Shown here one piece after another: positions 55,240 to 64,000 of a stretch of DNA of 64,000 nt. This stretch comes from a bacterium (GTDB lineage: Bacteria > Zhuqueibacterota > Zhuqueibacteria > Residuimicrobiales > Oceaniaggregativiventaceae). Numbering within the stretch: position 1 is the first letter of the stretch; each line of letters opens with the position of its first letter. Under the pieces are notes generated by a model. That model had not been told where the DNA came from. It did no database searches and saw only the letters and a list, made by a program, of their open reading frames with translations. Location of the stretch: contig JAKQNP010000036.1 of the NCBI GenBank assembly GCA_029565675.1, positions 1,449 through 65,448 of the forward strand. Direction: 5' to 3'. A program made the translations under genes and the position numbers.

Positions 55240-56259
55240 ATGGCGATCAGCTATGAGGATGCGGGAGTCAGTTTGCAGGCAGCAGATGACTCAACCAAAA
55301 GAATTTCCGCTTTGGCAAAAACCACGTTCGGTCCACAAGTTCTCAAAGATATCGGCCTGTTTGCCGGATTCTATCAGCCAGAGTGGCAGAAATATCAAAC
55401 ACCAGTGCTGGTTTCCAGCATCGATGGGGTAGGGACAAAGCTCAAGATTGCCTTTCTCCTCAATCGACATCATACCGTTGGACAGGACTTGGTGAACCAC
55501 TGTGTCAATGATATTATGACTTCTGGTGCCGATCCGCTCTTTTTCCTGGATTATATCGGCGCACAAAAACTGCATCCGGATATTGCCGAAAAGATTATCG
55601 CCGGCATGGCGCAAGCTTGCCGTGAAAACAAATGCGCATTGATCGGCGGCGAAACCGCTGAAATGCCAGGCTTCTACCAGACCGGCGAATATGATCTGGC
55701 GGGCTGCATCATCGGCATAGTCGACAAAGATCAAGTTATCGACGGCAGCCGAATTGCCGTAGGCGATCACTTGATTGCCCTTTCTTCAAACGGATTCCAT
55801 ACCAATGGTTATTCGCTGGTACGTAAAGTATTACTTGAAGTTCAAAAAGTCGACTTGCGCCGGGAAGTGAAAGAGTTGCGCGGCAGCTGGGGCGATATTT
55901 TGTTGAAAGTTCATCGCAGCTATCGGCAAGCCATTTCCGCGGTGCGGGATTTGCAAGGCTTGGTGGGAATCAGCCATATCACCGGCGGCGGAATCGTGGG
56001 CAACACGCGCCGATTGTTGCGTCCAGGATTGGAACTCGCAATCGACTGGACAGCATGGGAGTGGTTGCCGGAATTCCGGTTGCTGCAAAAACTCGGCGAT
56101 ATTGCTGACGAGGAGATGCGTCAGGTGTTCAATCTAGGGATCGGGTTGGTTTTGATCGTTCAACCCGATGAAACCAAAAGTGTCATCAATCGGCTGGTTG
56201 CTCTGCATGAACAACCAATGATTATCGGACAGGTCATCGAACAGGCTCAGGCTAAATGA
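55240..56259 (+). CDS. purM: Phosphoribosylformylglycinamidine cyclo-ligase
   Basis: YEDAGV, DGVGTK, GGETAEMP, GFHTNGYSL, HITGGG, VFNLGIG. Confidence 0.97.
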   Translation: MAISYEDAGVSLQAADDSTKRISALAKTTFGPQVLKDIGLFAGFYQPEWQKYQTPVLVSSIDGVGTKLKIAFLLNRHHTVGQDLVNHCVNDIMTSGADPLFFLDYIGAQKLHPDIAEKIIAGMAQACRENKCALIGGETAEMPGFYQTGEYDLAGCIIGIVDKDQVIDGSRIAVGDHLIALSSNGFHTNGYSLVRKVLLEVQKVDLRREVKELRGSWGDILLKVHRSYRQAISAVRDLQGLVGISHITGGGIVGNTRRLLRPGLELAIDWTAWEWLPEFRLLQKLGDIADEEMRQVFNLGIGLVLIVQPDETKSVINRLVALHEQPMIIGQVIEQAQAK

Positions 56260-57281
56260 ACTCATTTTTGCCGAACAAAAACGTGACCGTTCTTGGAGCA
56301 GGGAGTTGGGGTATCACTTTAGCGGTCTATCTCGACCGTCTAGGCTATCAGACCACGTTATGGGAATTCGACTGCCAGGCAGCAGACAGCCTGGCTAGCG
56401 AACGCATTCGGGCAGCCATCTTGCCGGGAATCTCGATTCCGGAGACTGTCCTGATCACCTCTGATCTGCAAGCCAGCCTGACAAATTGCGAACTGGCGTT
56501 TTTGGTTTTGCCTTCTCATGCAGCTCGCACGGTGCTGCAAAAAATCGCCACATTGCCGATTTCCAGAAATTTTTATCTGGTCAGCTGCATCAAAGGCATT
56601 GAAAATGGCTCTCTGCTGCGAATGACGGAATTGGTTCGGCTCTGTATTCCCAGCTTTTCGCCGACAAAATTGGCTGTTCTTTCCGGCCCAAGCCATGCCG
56701 AGGAAGTCAGTCGAAATATTCCGACAGCTGTTGTCATTGCTTCTGAAAGTTTGCATACAGCCGAGCAGCTGCAGGAAGCATTGGCCAGTCAAATGTTTCG
56801 TCTTTACACCAGTCCGGATGTCATTGGTGTGGAATTGGGTGGTTCGCTGAAAAATGTCATCGCCATAGCCGCCGGCATTTGCGATGGAGCAGGTTTTGGG
56901 GACAACACCAAGGCGGCTTTGCAGCCCCGCGGCTTGGCGGAAATCACGCGTCTCGGCAAAGCCATGGGGGCTGAAGCGGTGACTTTTTCCGGACTTTCCG
57001 GGATGGGAGATCTCATCGTCACCTGCATGAGCCGACATAGTCGCAATCGCTATGTCGGCGAACAGATTGGCAAGGGTTTGAAACTGCCGCAGGTTCTGCA
57101 ATCCATGTCAATGGTTGCCGAAGGTGTTCGTACCTGTAGATCCGCCGTGCAGTTGGCCAAAAAGTATCGCGTGGAGATGCCGATTTGTCGTGAAGTCTAT
57201 CACGTTTTGTTTGAGGGCAAATCGCCGAGCGCCGCAGTCGGATCGTTGATGACGCGCACAGCACGACCCGAAGCGGATTGA
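56256..57281 (+). CDS. gpsA: NAD(P)H-dependent glycerol-3-phosphate dehydrogenase
   Basis: GAGSWG, KGIE, SGPSHAEEV, LKNVIAIAAG, GMGDLIVTC.SRHSRN. Confidence 0.96.
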   Translation: MNSFLPNKNVTVLGAGSWGITLAVYLDRLGYQTTLWEFDCQAADSLASERIRAAILPGISIPETVLITSDLQASLTNCELAFLVLPSHAARTVLQKIATLPISRNFYLVSCIKGIENGSLLRMTELVRLCIPSFSPTKLAVLSGPSHAEEVSRNIPTAVVIASESLHTAEQLQEALASQMFRLYTSPDVIGVELGGSLKNVIAIAAGICDGAGFGDNTKAALQPRGLAEITRLGKAMGAEAVTFSGLSGMGDLIVTCMSRHSRNRYVGEQIGKGLKLPQVLQSMSMVAEGVRTCRSAVQLAKKYRVEMPICREVYHVLFEGKSPSAAVGSLMTRTARPEAD

Positions 57282-57459
57282 TTCTCCTGATTTATCGTTT
57301 TGCCCTGCAACGAGGTCAGGCCCCGCTGCCACAAATGTTCAGCCAGAAGCGATGCGCTATAGAGACCGACGCAAAGCCAAAGAGCACAAAGTATGAGCTG
57401 TTCAGCTGGGCTCGAATTCTATTGCAACAGAACCTGAATGAAAAAACGGAGGATGAACC

Positions 57460-58296
57460 ATGTTTAAAAACATCCTGCTCGCCGTTGACGGATCCAATTA
57501 TTCCGATACCGTGATCGCTCATGGTATCGAATTGGCCAAAGCATTTAAAAGCCATATATCGGTTTTGACGGTCTCGGATATCCGCATATTCGAGTGGGCA
57601 AGCGCCATTGGTGCCGATGGTTTTGTACCGGTCATTCCAACTGGCATCTACAAAGAGGAATCCAGCCGTTTGCTCGATGAAAAATCGGATAAGATACTGG
57701 CCAAAACCGCCCATCTACTGGAAAAAGAAAATCTCGCTTTTGAAACCTCCAAAGTGGTTGGCGCACCTGTTGATGCCATTCTGGAGCATTCCTTAACGGC
57801 TGATCTGGTGATTATGGGAAAGCGCGGTGAATACGAAAGATGGGACAACAAGGCTCTTGGCGCGACCGTCGAATCAGTCGGCCGCTCGATTCGCAAACCT
57901 TTAATCGTCAGCAAAAGAACTTTTCAACCGATCCGCCGAGTTTTGATAGCCTATGATGGTTCGGATCACGCCAACCGCGCTTTGCAATACGCCGGCCACA
58001 TCGCGGAGGCGTTGTGCGCTCAGATCCATATCCTGGTGGTGACTGATGACCGCGAGCTGGGAGAACATTTTGCCAAAGAAGCTGAAAACTACCTGATCAA
58101 CTACCAAGTCACTTTGCAAACCACCATCCAGGAAGGCAGCCCGGACAAAGTCATTTGCGAAATAGCGGCGAATGAGAAAGTAGACTTGATCGCAATCGGT
58201 GCATATGGCCGATCGCGAATCAAAGAGACCATTTTGGGCAGCACGACAGAACATATCCTGCGATTATCGACCTGTCCGGTTTTGTTGGCAAGGTGA
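57460..58296 (+). CDS. Tandem-domain universal stress protein
   Basis: ILLAVDGS and LIAYDGS domain starts; GAYGRSR..LGSTT..PVL. Confidence 0.92.
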   Translation: MFKNILLAVDGSNYSDTVIAHGIELAKAFKSHISVLTVSDIRIFEWASAIGADGFVPVIPTGIYKEESSRLLDEKSDKILAKTAHLLEKENLAFETSKVVGAPVDAILEHSLTADLVIMGKRGEYERWDNKALGATVESVGRSIRKPLIVSKRTFQPIRRVLIAYDGSDHANRALQYAGHIAEALCAQIHILVVTDDRELGEHFAKEAENYLINYQVTLQTTIQEGSPDKVICEIAANEKVDLIAIGAYGRSRIKETILGSTTEHILRLSTCPVLLAR

Positions 58297-58319
58297 TGAA
58301 GAAAAAGAAAGGACTCTCC

Positions 58320-59615
58320 ATGGCCCCAAGGACCACGATTGCTGAAATTTCCCGCTACGACGGACAAACCGTGACTCTGTCCGGCTGGCTTTACAACAAA
58401 ACCCACAAAGGCAAATTGATCTTTATGATGCTCCGCGACGGCACCGGTTTTATTCAAGCGGTGATCTTTAAAGACAATTTTACCGAAACCTTCTTTGAGG
58501 AGCTGCAACGCCTGCCGCAAGAATCCTCGATCAAAGTTACCGGTCAGGTGCGAGCGGACAAACGCGCGCGCGGCGGCTATGAACTGCAAGCATCGGAAGT
58601 TGACGTCGTCCAGATGGCGCAGGAATATCCCATCAGCCCGAAAGAGCATGGCATCGACTTTTTAATGGATCAGCGTCATCTTTGGCTGCGTTCCAGTAAA
58701 CCACATGCCATTCTGAAAGTTCGACATCAGGTCATTGCTGCATGTCGCGAATATTTTAACAATTTGGGTTTCCTGCTTTTGGACGCCCCAATCTTTACGC
58801 CAGCCGCCTGCGAAGGCACGACAACCCTTTTTGAAACCGATTATTTTGACGACAAAGCCTATTTAACCCAGAGCGGACAGCTCTATATGGAAGCAGGCGC
58901 CATGGCTTTTGGCAAAGTATATTGTTTGGGCCCCACATTCCGTGCCGAAAAAAGCAAGACGCGCCGCCACTTGACCGAATTCTGGATGATCGAGCCGGAG
59001 GTCGCCTATTGCGATCTGGATCAGGATATGGATCTGGCTGAAGGGATGATTCTGCACATCCTCGAGCAGGTGCTGCAAAAAAACCGCGATGAACTCGAAC
59101 TCCTCGAGCGCGATATCAGCAAACTGGAAATCATCAAACGACCCTTCCCGCGCATCACATATGATGAAGCCGTCCAGATTTTGGCGAAATCGGGCAACGA
59201 ATTTGTCTATGGCAACGATTTTGGCGCCCCGGATGAAACGGTGATCTCTGAAAAGTACACTTCGCCAATCATGGTGACGAGATATCCTGCCAGTGTCAAA
59301 GCCTTTTATATGAAGAATGATCCAGACGACCCCCAAAAAGCGCTCTGTGTCGACATGCTGGCGCCGGAAGGCTATGGCGAAATTATCGGTGGCGGCCAAC
59401 GCGAAGACGACTATGATACATTGCTGCAAAAGATCAAATCGCATGGTTTGCCGATCGAACCATTTGAGTGGTATCTGGACTTGCGGCGATATGGCAGCGT
59501 GCCGCATGCCGGGTTTGGTCTGGGAATAGAAAGAACTGTTGCCTGGATATGCGGAATCAAACACGTTCGCGAAGCTATCCCATTCCCGCGAACCATGTCG
59601 CGAATTTATCCATGA
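58320..59615 (+). CDS. asnS: Asparagine--tRNA ligase
   Basis: [58 protein letters not shown]. Confidence 0.96.
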   Translation: MAPRTTIAEISRYDGQTVTLSGWLYNKTHKGKLIFMMLRDGTGFIQAVIFKDNFTETFFEELQRLPQESSIKVTGQVRADKRARGGYELQASEVDVVQMAQEYPISPKEHGIDFLMDQRHLWLRSSKPHAILKVRHQVIAACREYFNNLGFLLLDAPIFTPAACEGTTTLFETDYFDDKAYLTQSGQLYMEAGAMAFGKVYCLGPTFRAEKSKTRRHLTEFWMIEPEVAYCDLDQDMDLAEGMILHILEQVLQKNRDELELLERDISKLEIIKRPFPRITYDEAVQILAKSGNEFVYGNDFGAPDETVISEKYTSPIMVTRYPASVKAFYMKNDPDDPQKALCVDMLAPEGYGEIIGGGQREDDYDTLLQKIKSHGLPIEPFEWYLDLRRYGSVPHAGFGLGIERTVAWICGIKHVREAIPFPRTMSRIYP

Positions 59616-59625
59616 GGATAACTGC

Positions 59626-59901
59626 ATGAACTCCCGTGCTGTTGTCGTTGTATCTGGTCGAGTGCAGGGGGTAGGTTACCGCTATTTTGCTCTGCACCAG
59701 GCCCGTTTGTACGAATTGGTAGGAACGGTCAGAAACCAGAACGATGGATCGGTTTGCGTGACAGTTGAAGGAAAGCGCGAAACCCTTGAAATCTATTTGC
59801 AAAAACTAAAAGAGGGTCCGAAATTTGCTCAAGTCGTTGATATCGCGGTTGATTGGCAACACGCAACCGGCGAATTTAAGGACTTTGCAGTTCGAATTTG
59901 A
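59626..59901 (+). CDS. acyP: Acylphosphatase
   Basis: SGRVQGVGYR, GTVRNQNDGSV, GP. Confidence 0.93.
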   Translation: MNSRAVVVVSGRVQGVGYRYFALHQARLYELVGTVRNQNDGSVCVTVEGKRETLEIYLQKLKEGPKFAQVVDIAVDWQHATGEFKDFAVRI

Positions 59902-59914
59902 TCAAGAGGCGAAC

Positions 59915-60442
59915 ATGACCAATCTCAGTTCACTGATTCGCAATGTCCCCGATTTCCCCAAACCGGGTATCCAATTCAAGGACATCACCACTCTGATCCA
60001 GGATGCGCGCGGTTTTCATCAGGCGATCGACCAAATGGTGGCTGTGTATGCCGGAGAAAAAATCAATTGTCTTGTCGGCGTCGAAGCACGTGGCTTCATC
60101 TTTGCATCGGCAATGGCTTGGCAGATGGGAGTGGGGATGGCTCTGGTTCGCAAACCCGGCAAACTTCCGGCTGCAACCTTATCAGAGAGTTTTTCATTGG
60201 AATACGGCCAAGATGCGCTTGAAATACACAGTGATGCCCTGGCGGCAAACAGCAAAGTGGTGATTGTCGACGATTTATTGGCGACCGGCGGCACCATGCT
60301 GGCTGCAGTTCGCCTGGTTGAACGTTTGCAGGCAAAGGTGGTCGGCTGTTCATTTCTGATAGAATTGGATAGGTTGGGTGGGCGCCAAGTCCTGCAAGGC
60401 TATCGTGTCGAATCGCTGCTGCATTATTTCGACTCTGAATGA
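59915..60442 (+). CDS. apt: Adenine phosphoribosyltransferase
   Basis: PDFPKPGIQFKDIT, EARGF, RKPGKLP, LEYG, VDDLLATGGT. Confidence 0.96.
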   Translation: MTNLSSLIRNVPDFPKPGIQFKDITTLIQDARGFHQAIDQMVAVYAGEKINCLVGVEARGFIFASAMAWQMGVGMALVRKPGKLPAATLSESFSLEYGQDALEIHSDALAANSKVVIVDDLLATGGTMLAAVRLVERLQAKVVGCSFLIELDRLGGRQVLQGYRVESLLHYFDSE

Positions 60443-60572
60443 CACGATGTCCGGATGGCAAAAACTTTCACCGACGAATTTTTCGCTTAAGGAGATGAAG
60501 GCGACCTGGCCTGCTCAATTTTCCGCTATCGGTTTTTGGGGCTGTGTTCGAAATCGGTGAGAACAATAATTC

Positions 60573-60601
60573 TTGATTTTTTATAAATGATTTATTATAA
60601 T
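60573..60601 (+). promoter_or_regulatory. Sigma70 promoter of the second buk-ptb operon
   Basis: TTGATT-17 bp-TATAAT. Confidence 0.7.
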
Positions 60602-60808
60602 TAAGTAAAATGTTCGCATTGTGTTGTTATATTACGCACTGATTGTTTTATTTTAAGAACTACTTGAAGCGTTTTTTGACACAGCCAGGTTCAGATCTCG
60701 GCAACCAATTTGGCACAGCATGATCGGCGCCATCCGCAAAGGGCATGCATTTCGATTCGACCGTACTGGATGAAAAATCGATAACCAGTAACGAAACAAG
60801 GAGTTGAG

Positions 60809-61900
60809 ATGTCTCGGATACTGGCCATAAACCCCGGGTCAACTTCGACCAAGATTGCCCTGTATGAAGATGAGACTGAACGCTTTGCGGGCAATTTGCA
60901 CCATTCTGCACAAGACCTGGGGGTCTATTCACACATTATTGAACAATATCCATTTCGGCTGCAAGCCATTCAAAATTTGCTTGAAGAGAGACAGGTTTCT
61001 CTCGAGCAAATTGATGCTTTTGTCGGCAGAGGTGGTTTGCTAGAGCCGATCTGCAGCGGCACCTACCTGGTCGATGAAGAGATGTTGGCTGATTTGCGCG
61101 CGGCTGTGCATGGAGAGCATGCTTCGAATCTTGGCGCGCTTTTGGCGTATGAGATGGCGCAAAGCGTACAAAAATCAGCGTTTATTGTCGATCCGGTCGT
61201 GGTGGATGAGCGGCAGGATCTGGCCCGGTTTTCCGGACATCCGGATTTGCCGCGCCGCAGCATTTTTCATGCGCTCAATCACAAAGCTGTCGGGCGCAAA
61301 GCCGCGCTGCAGCTCGGCAAAGCATACCAGGATGTCAATTTGATCATTGCCCATCTCGGCGGCGGCATCTCGATCGCCGCACATCAGCGTGGCCGGGTTG
61401 TCGACGTCAACAACGCGCTCGATGGTGATGGTCCCTTTTCACCGGAGCGCTCCGGCTCTTTGCCTGTAGCTGATCTGGTGCGCCTTTGTTTTTCCGGCAA
61501 AAAAGACCGTGAAACCATTCTACGGATGATAACCGGACGGGGTGGCGTTGTCGCCTATACCGGCACCAACAACCTGCAGGAACTTCGCGAACGAATCGCC
61601 AAGGGCGATCAGTTTTGCAAAACCGTCTATGAGGCGATGATTTATCAGGTAGCCAAAGAGATCGGCGCTCAGAGCGTGGTCTTGCAGGGCGATATCGACG
61701 CGATCGTTATTACCGGCGGCATTGCCAACGACAGCGTTTTTGTGAATCGTTTGGCCGAATATTGCCGCCAGCTGGCGCCAATTCTCCTATTCCCGGGCGA
61801 AGAAGAGATGCAAGCCTTGGTGTTCGGTGTCCTGCGCGTTTTACGCGGCCAGGAAGAGGCCAGGCGCTATCAGCCGAAAAGGACGGCTTGCGCATGTTGA
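60809..61900 (+). CDS. buk: Butyrate kinase (copy 2)
   Basis: INPGSTSTK, GRGGLL, HASNLG, HALNHKA, HLGGGIS, GPFSPERSG, PGEEEM. Confidence 0.95.
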   Translation: MSRILAINPGSTSTKIALYEDETERFAGNLHHSAQDLGVYSHIIEQYPFRLQAIQNLLEERQVSLEQIDAFVGRGGLLEPICSGTYLVDEEMLADLRAAVHGEHASNLGALLAYEMAQSVQKSAFIVDPVVVDERQDLARFSGHPDLPRRSIFHALNHKAVGRKAALQLGKAYQDVNLIIAHLGGGISIAAHQRGRVVDVNNALDGDGPFSPERSGSLPVADLVRLCFSGKKDRETILRMITGRGGVVAYTGTNNLQELRERIAKGDQFCKTVYEAMIYQVAKEIGAQSVVLQGDIDAIVITGGIANDSVFVNRLAEYCRQLAPILLFPGEEEMQALVFGVLRVLRGQEEARRYQPKRTACAC

Positions 61901-62811
61901 ACACCTTCGAAGAAATCCTGGCTGCAGTGCGCGGAAAAGCCAAAAAAACCATCGCCATCGCCATGGCAGAGGATGAAGATGTTCTATCAGCGGTTTCGAT
62001 GGCCAGTGCGGCAGGACTGGCGGATTTTGTTTTGGTCGGCGACAAGCAACAGATTATAGCTTGTGGGAGTCGGCAGGGGATCGATGCAGAAAAGTATGAC
62101 ATCGTGCAATCAGACAGCGAACAACAGTCGGTGGTGCGAGCGATCCAACTGGTTCGAGAACACCTGGCTGATGCGCTGATGAAAGGGAAATGCACGACTG
62201 CAACATTATTGAAAGGGGTATTGCACAAAGAGCACGGCTTGCGCAGCGGGAATCTTCTTTGCCATTTGGCAGTGTTTGAGACAGTGCATTATCACAAACT
62301 GATCTACATGACCGATGCGGCAATGAATATTGCACCTGATCTCCAACAAAAGGTTATGATTCTTGAAAATGCGGTCACTTTTTTTCGTGCGATCAACGGC
62401 ACAGATCCAAAAGTCGCCCTGATCGCGGCTATTGAAAAAGTGAATCCAGATGCCATGCTGTGCACAGAACATGCAGCGATCATTGCGCAAATGGCACAAC
62501 GCGGTCAGATCCGCCATGCCATGGTTGACGGACCATTTGCGGTCGATAATGCAGTCAGCGCCAAATCGTGTGCCGTTAAAGGCATCGACTCACCAATCGG
62601 CGGCGATGCGGATATCCTCGTTCTTCCGGATATCGAGGCGGCCAATGTGTTCTATAAAACAATGACCTATCTTGGAGGATCAAAAACCGCTGGATTGATC
62701 ATCGGCGCCCAAGTTCCGATCGTTCTCACGTCACGCGCCGATAGCGATGAAACAAAATTTCTTTCCATTGCCCTTGCGCTGGCTGCCAGCATACGGCGAC
62801 CGACTGCATAA
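61894..62811 (+). CDS. ptb: Phosphate butyryltransferase (copy 2)
   Basis: LMKG, TDAAMNIAP, VDGPFAVDNA, PDIEAANVFYK, LTSRAD. Confidence 0.92.
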   Translation: MLNTFEEILAAVRGKAKKTIAIAMAEDEDVLSAVSMASAAGLADFVLVGDKQQIIACGSRQGIDAEKYDIVQSDSEQQSVVRAIQLVREHLADALMKGKCTTATLLKGVLHKEHGLRSGNLLCHLAVFETVHYHKLIYMTDAAMNIAPDLQQKVMILENAVTFFRAINGTDPKVALIAAIEKVNPDAMLCTEHAAIIAQMAQRGQIRHAMVDGPFAVDNAVSAKSCAVKGIDSPIGGDADILVLPDIEAANVFYKTMTYLGGSKTAGLIIGAQVPIVLTSRADSDETKFLSIALALAASIRRPTA

Positions 62812-62992
62812 GAGACATCTTTGAGCCAACTGCTTGAATTTCTGCATTCTTCGTCGATTTATGGACGGATACTACCGCATCGCTGCCCTGCATTTGTTTC
62901 TTGCAATGGTTTCGCGTGTCAATTCACCTGTCAACAAGCGGCCCATGCCATTTCATTGCAAGTTGGACTTTTACCATGAGGCGAAAGTTGAG

Positions 62993-64000
62993 ATGAAAAA
63001 AACCAGGACTTTATTATTTGTGTCGGCTCTACTCTGTGCATCGGTTCTGCTCAATTATGGCACCGTGCAGGCTGTTGAAAAAAACTGGTCTGATGGCGAT
63101 CCTTCGTTCACCCAAACCCTGATCAGCGGCGGTGGATTGACCATGAACAGCACCATCACACTGGAGCCGCAATTGGCAACTTCAGCCACAACCGATTCTT
63201 TAAGTGTCATGCTGCACGGGTTGCTGTGGTCATGGCCGAGAGCTACAGTTGAAGTGGTTTCCGCCAAAGATATCGACTATCGTCAAGTGGCCAATCAAGA
63301 GCTCTACCTGATCACAGACGCTTTGGCAAATCGAATTTTTGAGTACAATGCTACCGAAAAGCGGGAAGTCTGGACGTTCGGCAGCAACCGGCCGGGCACG
63401 CCCAGCTATCTGGACCGCCCTGTTGATGCTTATATCTACAAAGAATCAGATCTTTTCAAGATCTTGATCACTGATCAGGGTCGCAACCGGGTTTTAAAAA
63501 TCGATAAAGAATCGCAATCGGTCACCTGGTTTTATGGCGACCCCAACGGTGCACCCGGCAGCGAAACCGGTCGTTTGAATTCACCAACTGATGCACAGAA
63601 AATACCGGATCGCGCAGAAATACTGATCGCCGATACGGGCAACAATCGAGTCTTGATCGTCGATGAAAACTCCAAAGCCATTATCTGGGAATTCGGTACA
63701 GGTGAGCTCGCCTCACCCGTTGATGTGGAGTATGTCCCGGAGTTGGACGCGGTTTTGATTGCGGATCAGAGCCAGCACCGAGTAATTTTGGTGCAAAGGT
63801 CTGATAAAACAGTCATCAGGCAATTCGGTGTAAAAGGAGTACCCGCAAGCGGCTCGGCCGGTCTGAACGCCCCGACCGATGCCGACTATCTTTCCAATGG
63901 CAACATTCTCATTGCCGACACCAACAATGAACGGTTGATCGAAGTCAACGCAGCAGGCGAGATTGTCTGGCAATTTCATCGCCCCCTCGCCGCCTTGCAA
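62993..64000 (+). CDS. Secreted NHL-repeat beta-propeller protein (partial, runs off the window)
   Basis: Not in the ORF track because it has no stop; my translation gives MKKTRTLLFVSALLCAS.. and repeats ITDQGRNRV, LNSPTDA..IADTGNNRV, IADQSQHRV, LNAPTDA..IADTNNER. Confidence 0.88.
   Translation, partial: MKKTRTLLFVSALLCASVLLNYGTVQAVEKNWSDGDPSFTQTLISGGGLTMNSTITLEPQLATSATTDSLSVMLHGLLWSWPRATVEVVSAKDIDYRQVANQELYLITDALANRIFEYNATEKREVWTFGSNRPGTPSYLDRPVDAYIYKESDLFKILITDQGRNRVLKIDKESQSVTWFYGDPNGAPGSETGRLNSPTDAQKIPDRAEILIADTGNNRVLIVDENSKAIIWEFGTGELASPVDVEYVPELDAVLIADQSQHRVILVQRSDKTVIRQFGVKGVPASGSAGLNAPTDADYLSNGNILIADTNNERLIEVNAAGEIVWQFHRPLAALQ

Noticed and set aside
60710-60726. TTGGCACA as a sigma54 promoter for buk-2
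   Set aside because: No -12 element; a well-formed sigma70 promoter exists at 60573-60601

Overview
The window reads as two compositionally different parts joined inside one gene. Bases 1 to ~5050 look like Bacteroidota DNA: TAnnTTTG promoters, no Shine-Dalgarno sites, a DUF6498 membrane protein, a DUF6624-like secreted protein, an RHH-PIN toxin-antitoxin pair, a nitronate monooxygenase/FabK-family gene and the 5' part of trpB2. From ~5050 to the end the DNA uses SD sites, is rich in GATC/TCGA and encodes an anaerobic fermenter; a KSB1/Calditrichota-like origin is only a guess. This part carries an uncharacterised secreted enzyme plus beta-propeller pair, a fucose-isomerase-like/DhaKL sugar operon, a decayed island with an integrase relic at tRNA-Leu(CAA), pgk, a GH31 and RluA/SDR genes. 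It also has a divergent acyl-CoA dehydrogenase/ETF-QO/ETF operon and a PARIS-like (ABC ATPase + DUF4435) defence pair. The main feature is a 17-kb hydrogen locus (30216-47465): a sigma54 activator, a pseudo-receiver, a bifurcating-type HydCBA, a sensory [FeFe]-hydrogenase fused to a histidine kinase, two receivers, a hybrid kinase, a DRTGG-PHP-HATPase block and a second, non-bifurcating-type multimeric [FeFe]-hydrogenase. The rest is two buk-ptb pairs, mlaEFD, gdhA, purM, gpsA, a USP, asnS, acyP, apt and a partial NHL-repeat protein. All family calls come from motif recognition by eye; no searches were run.
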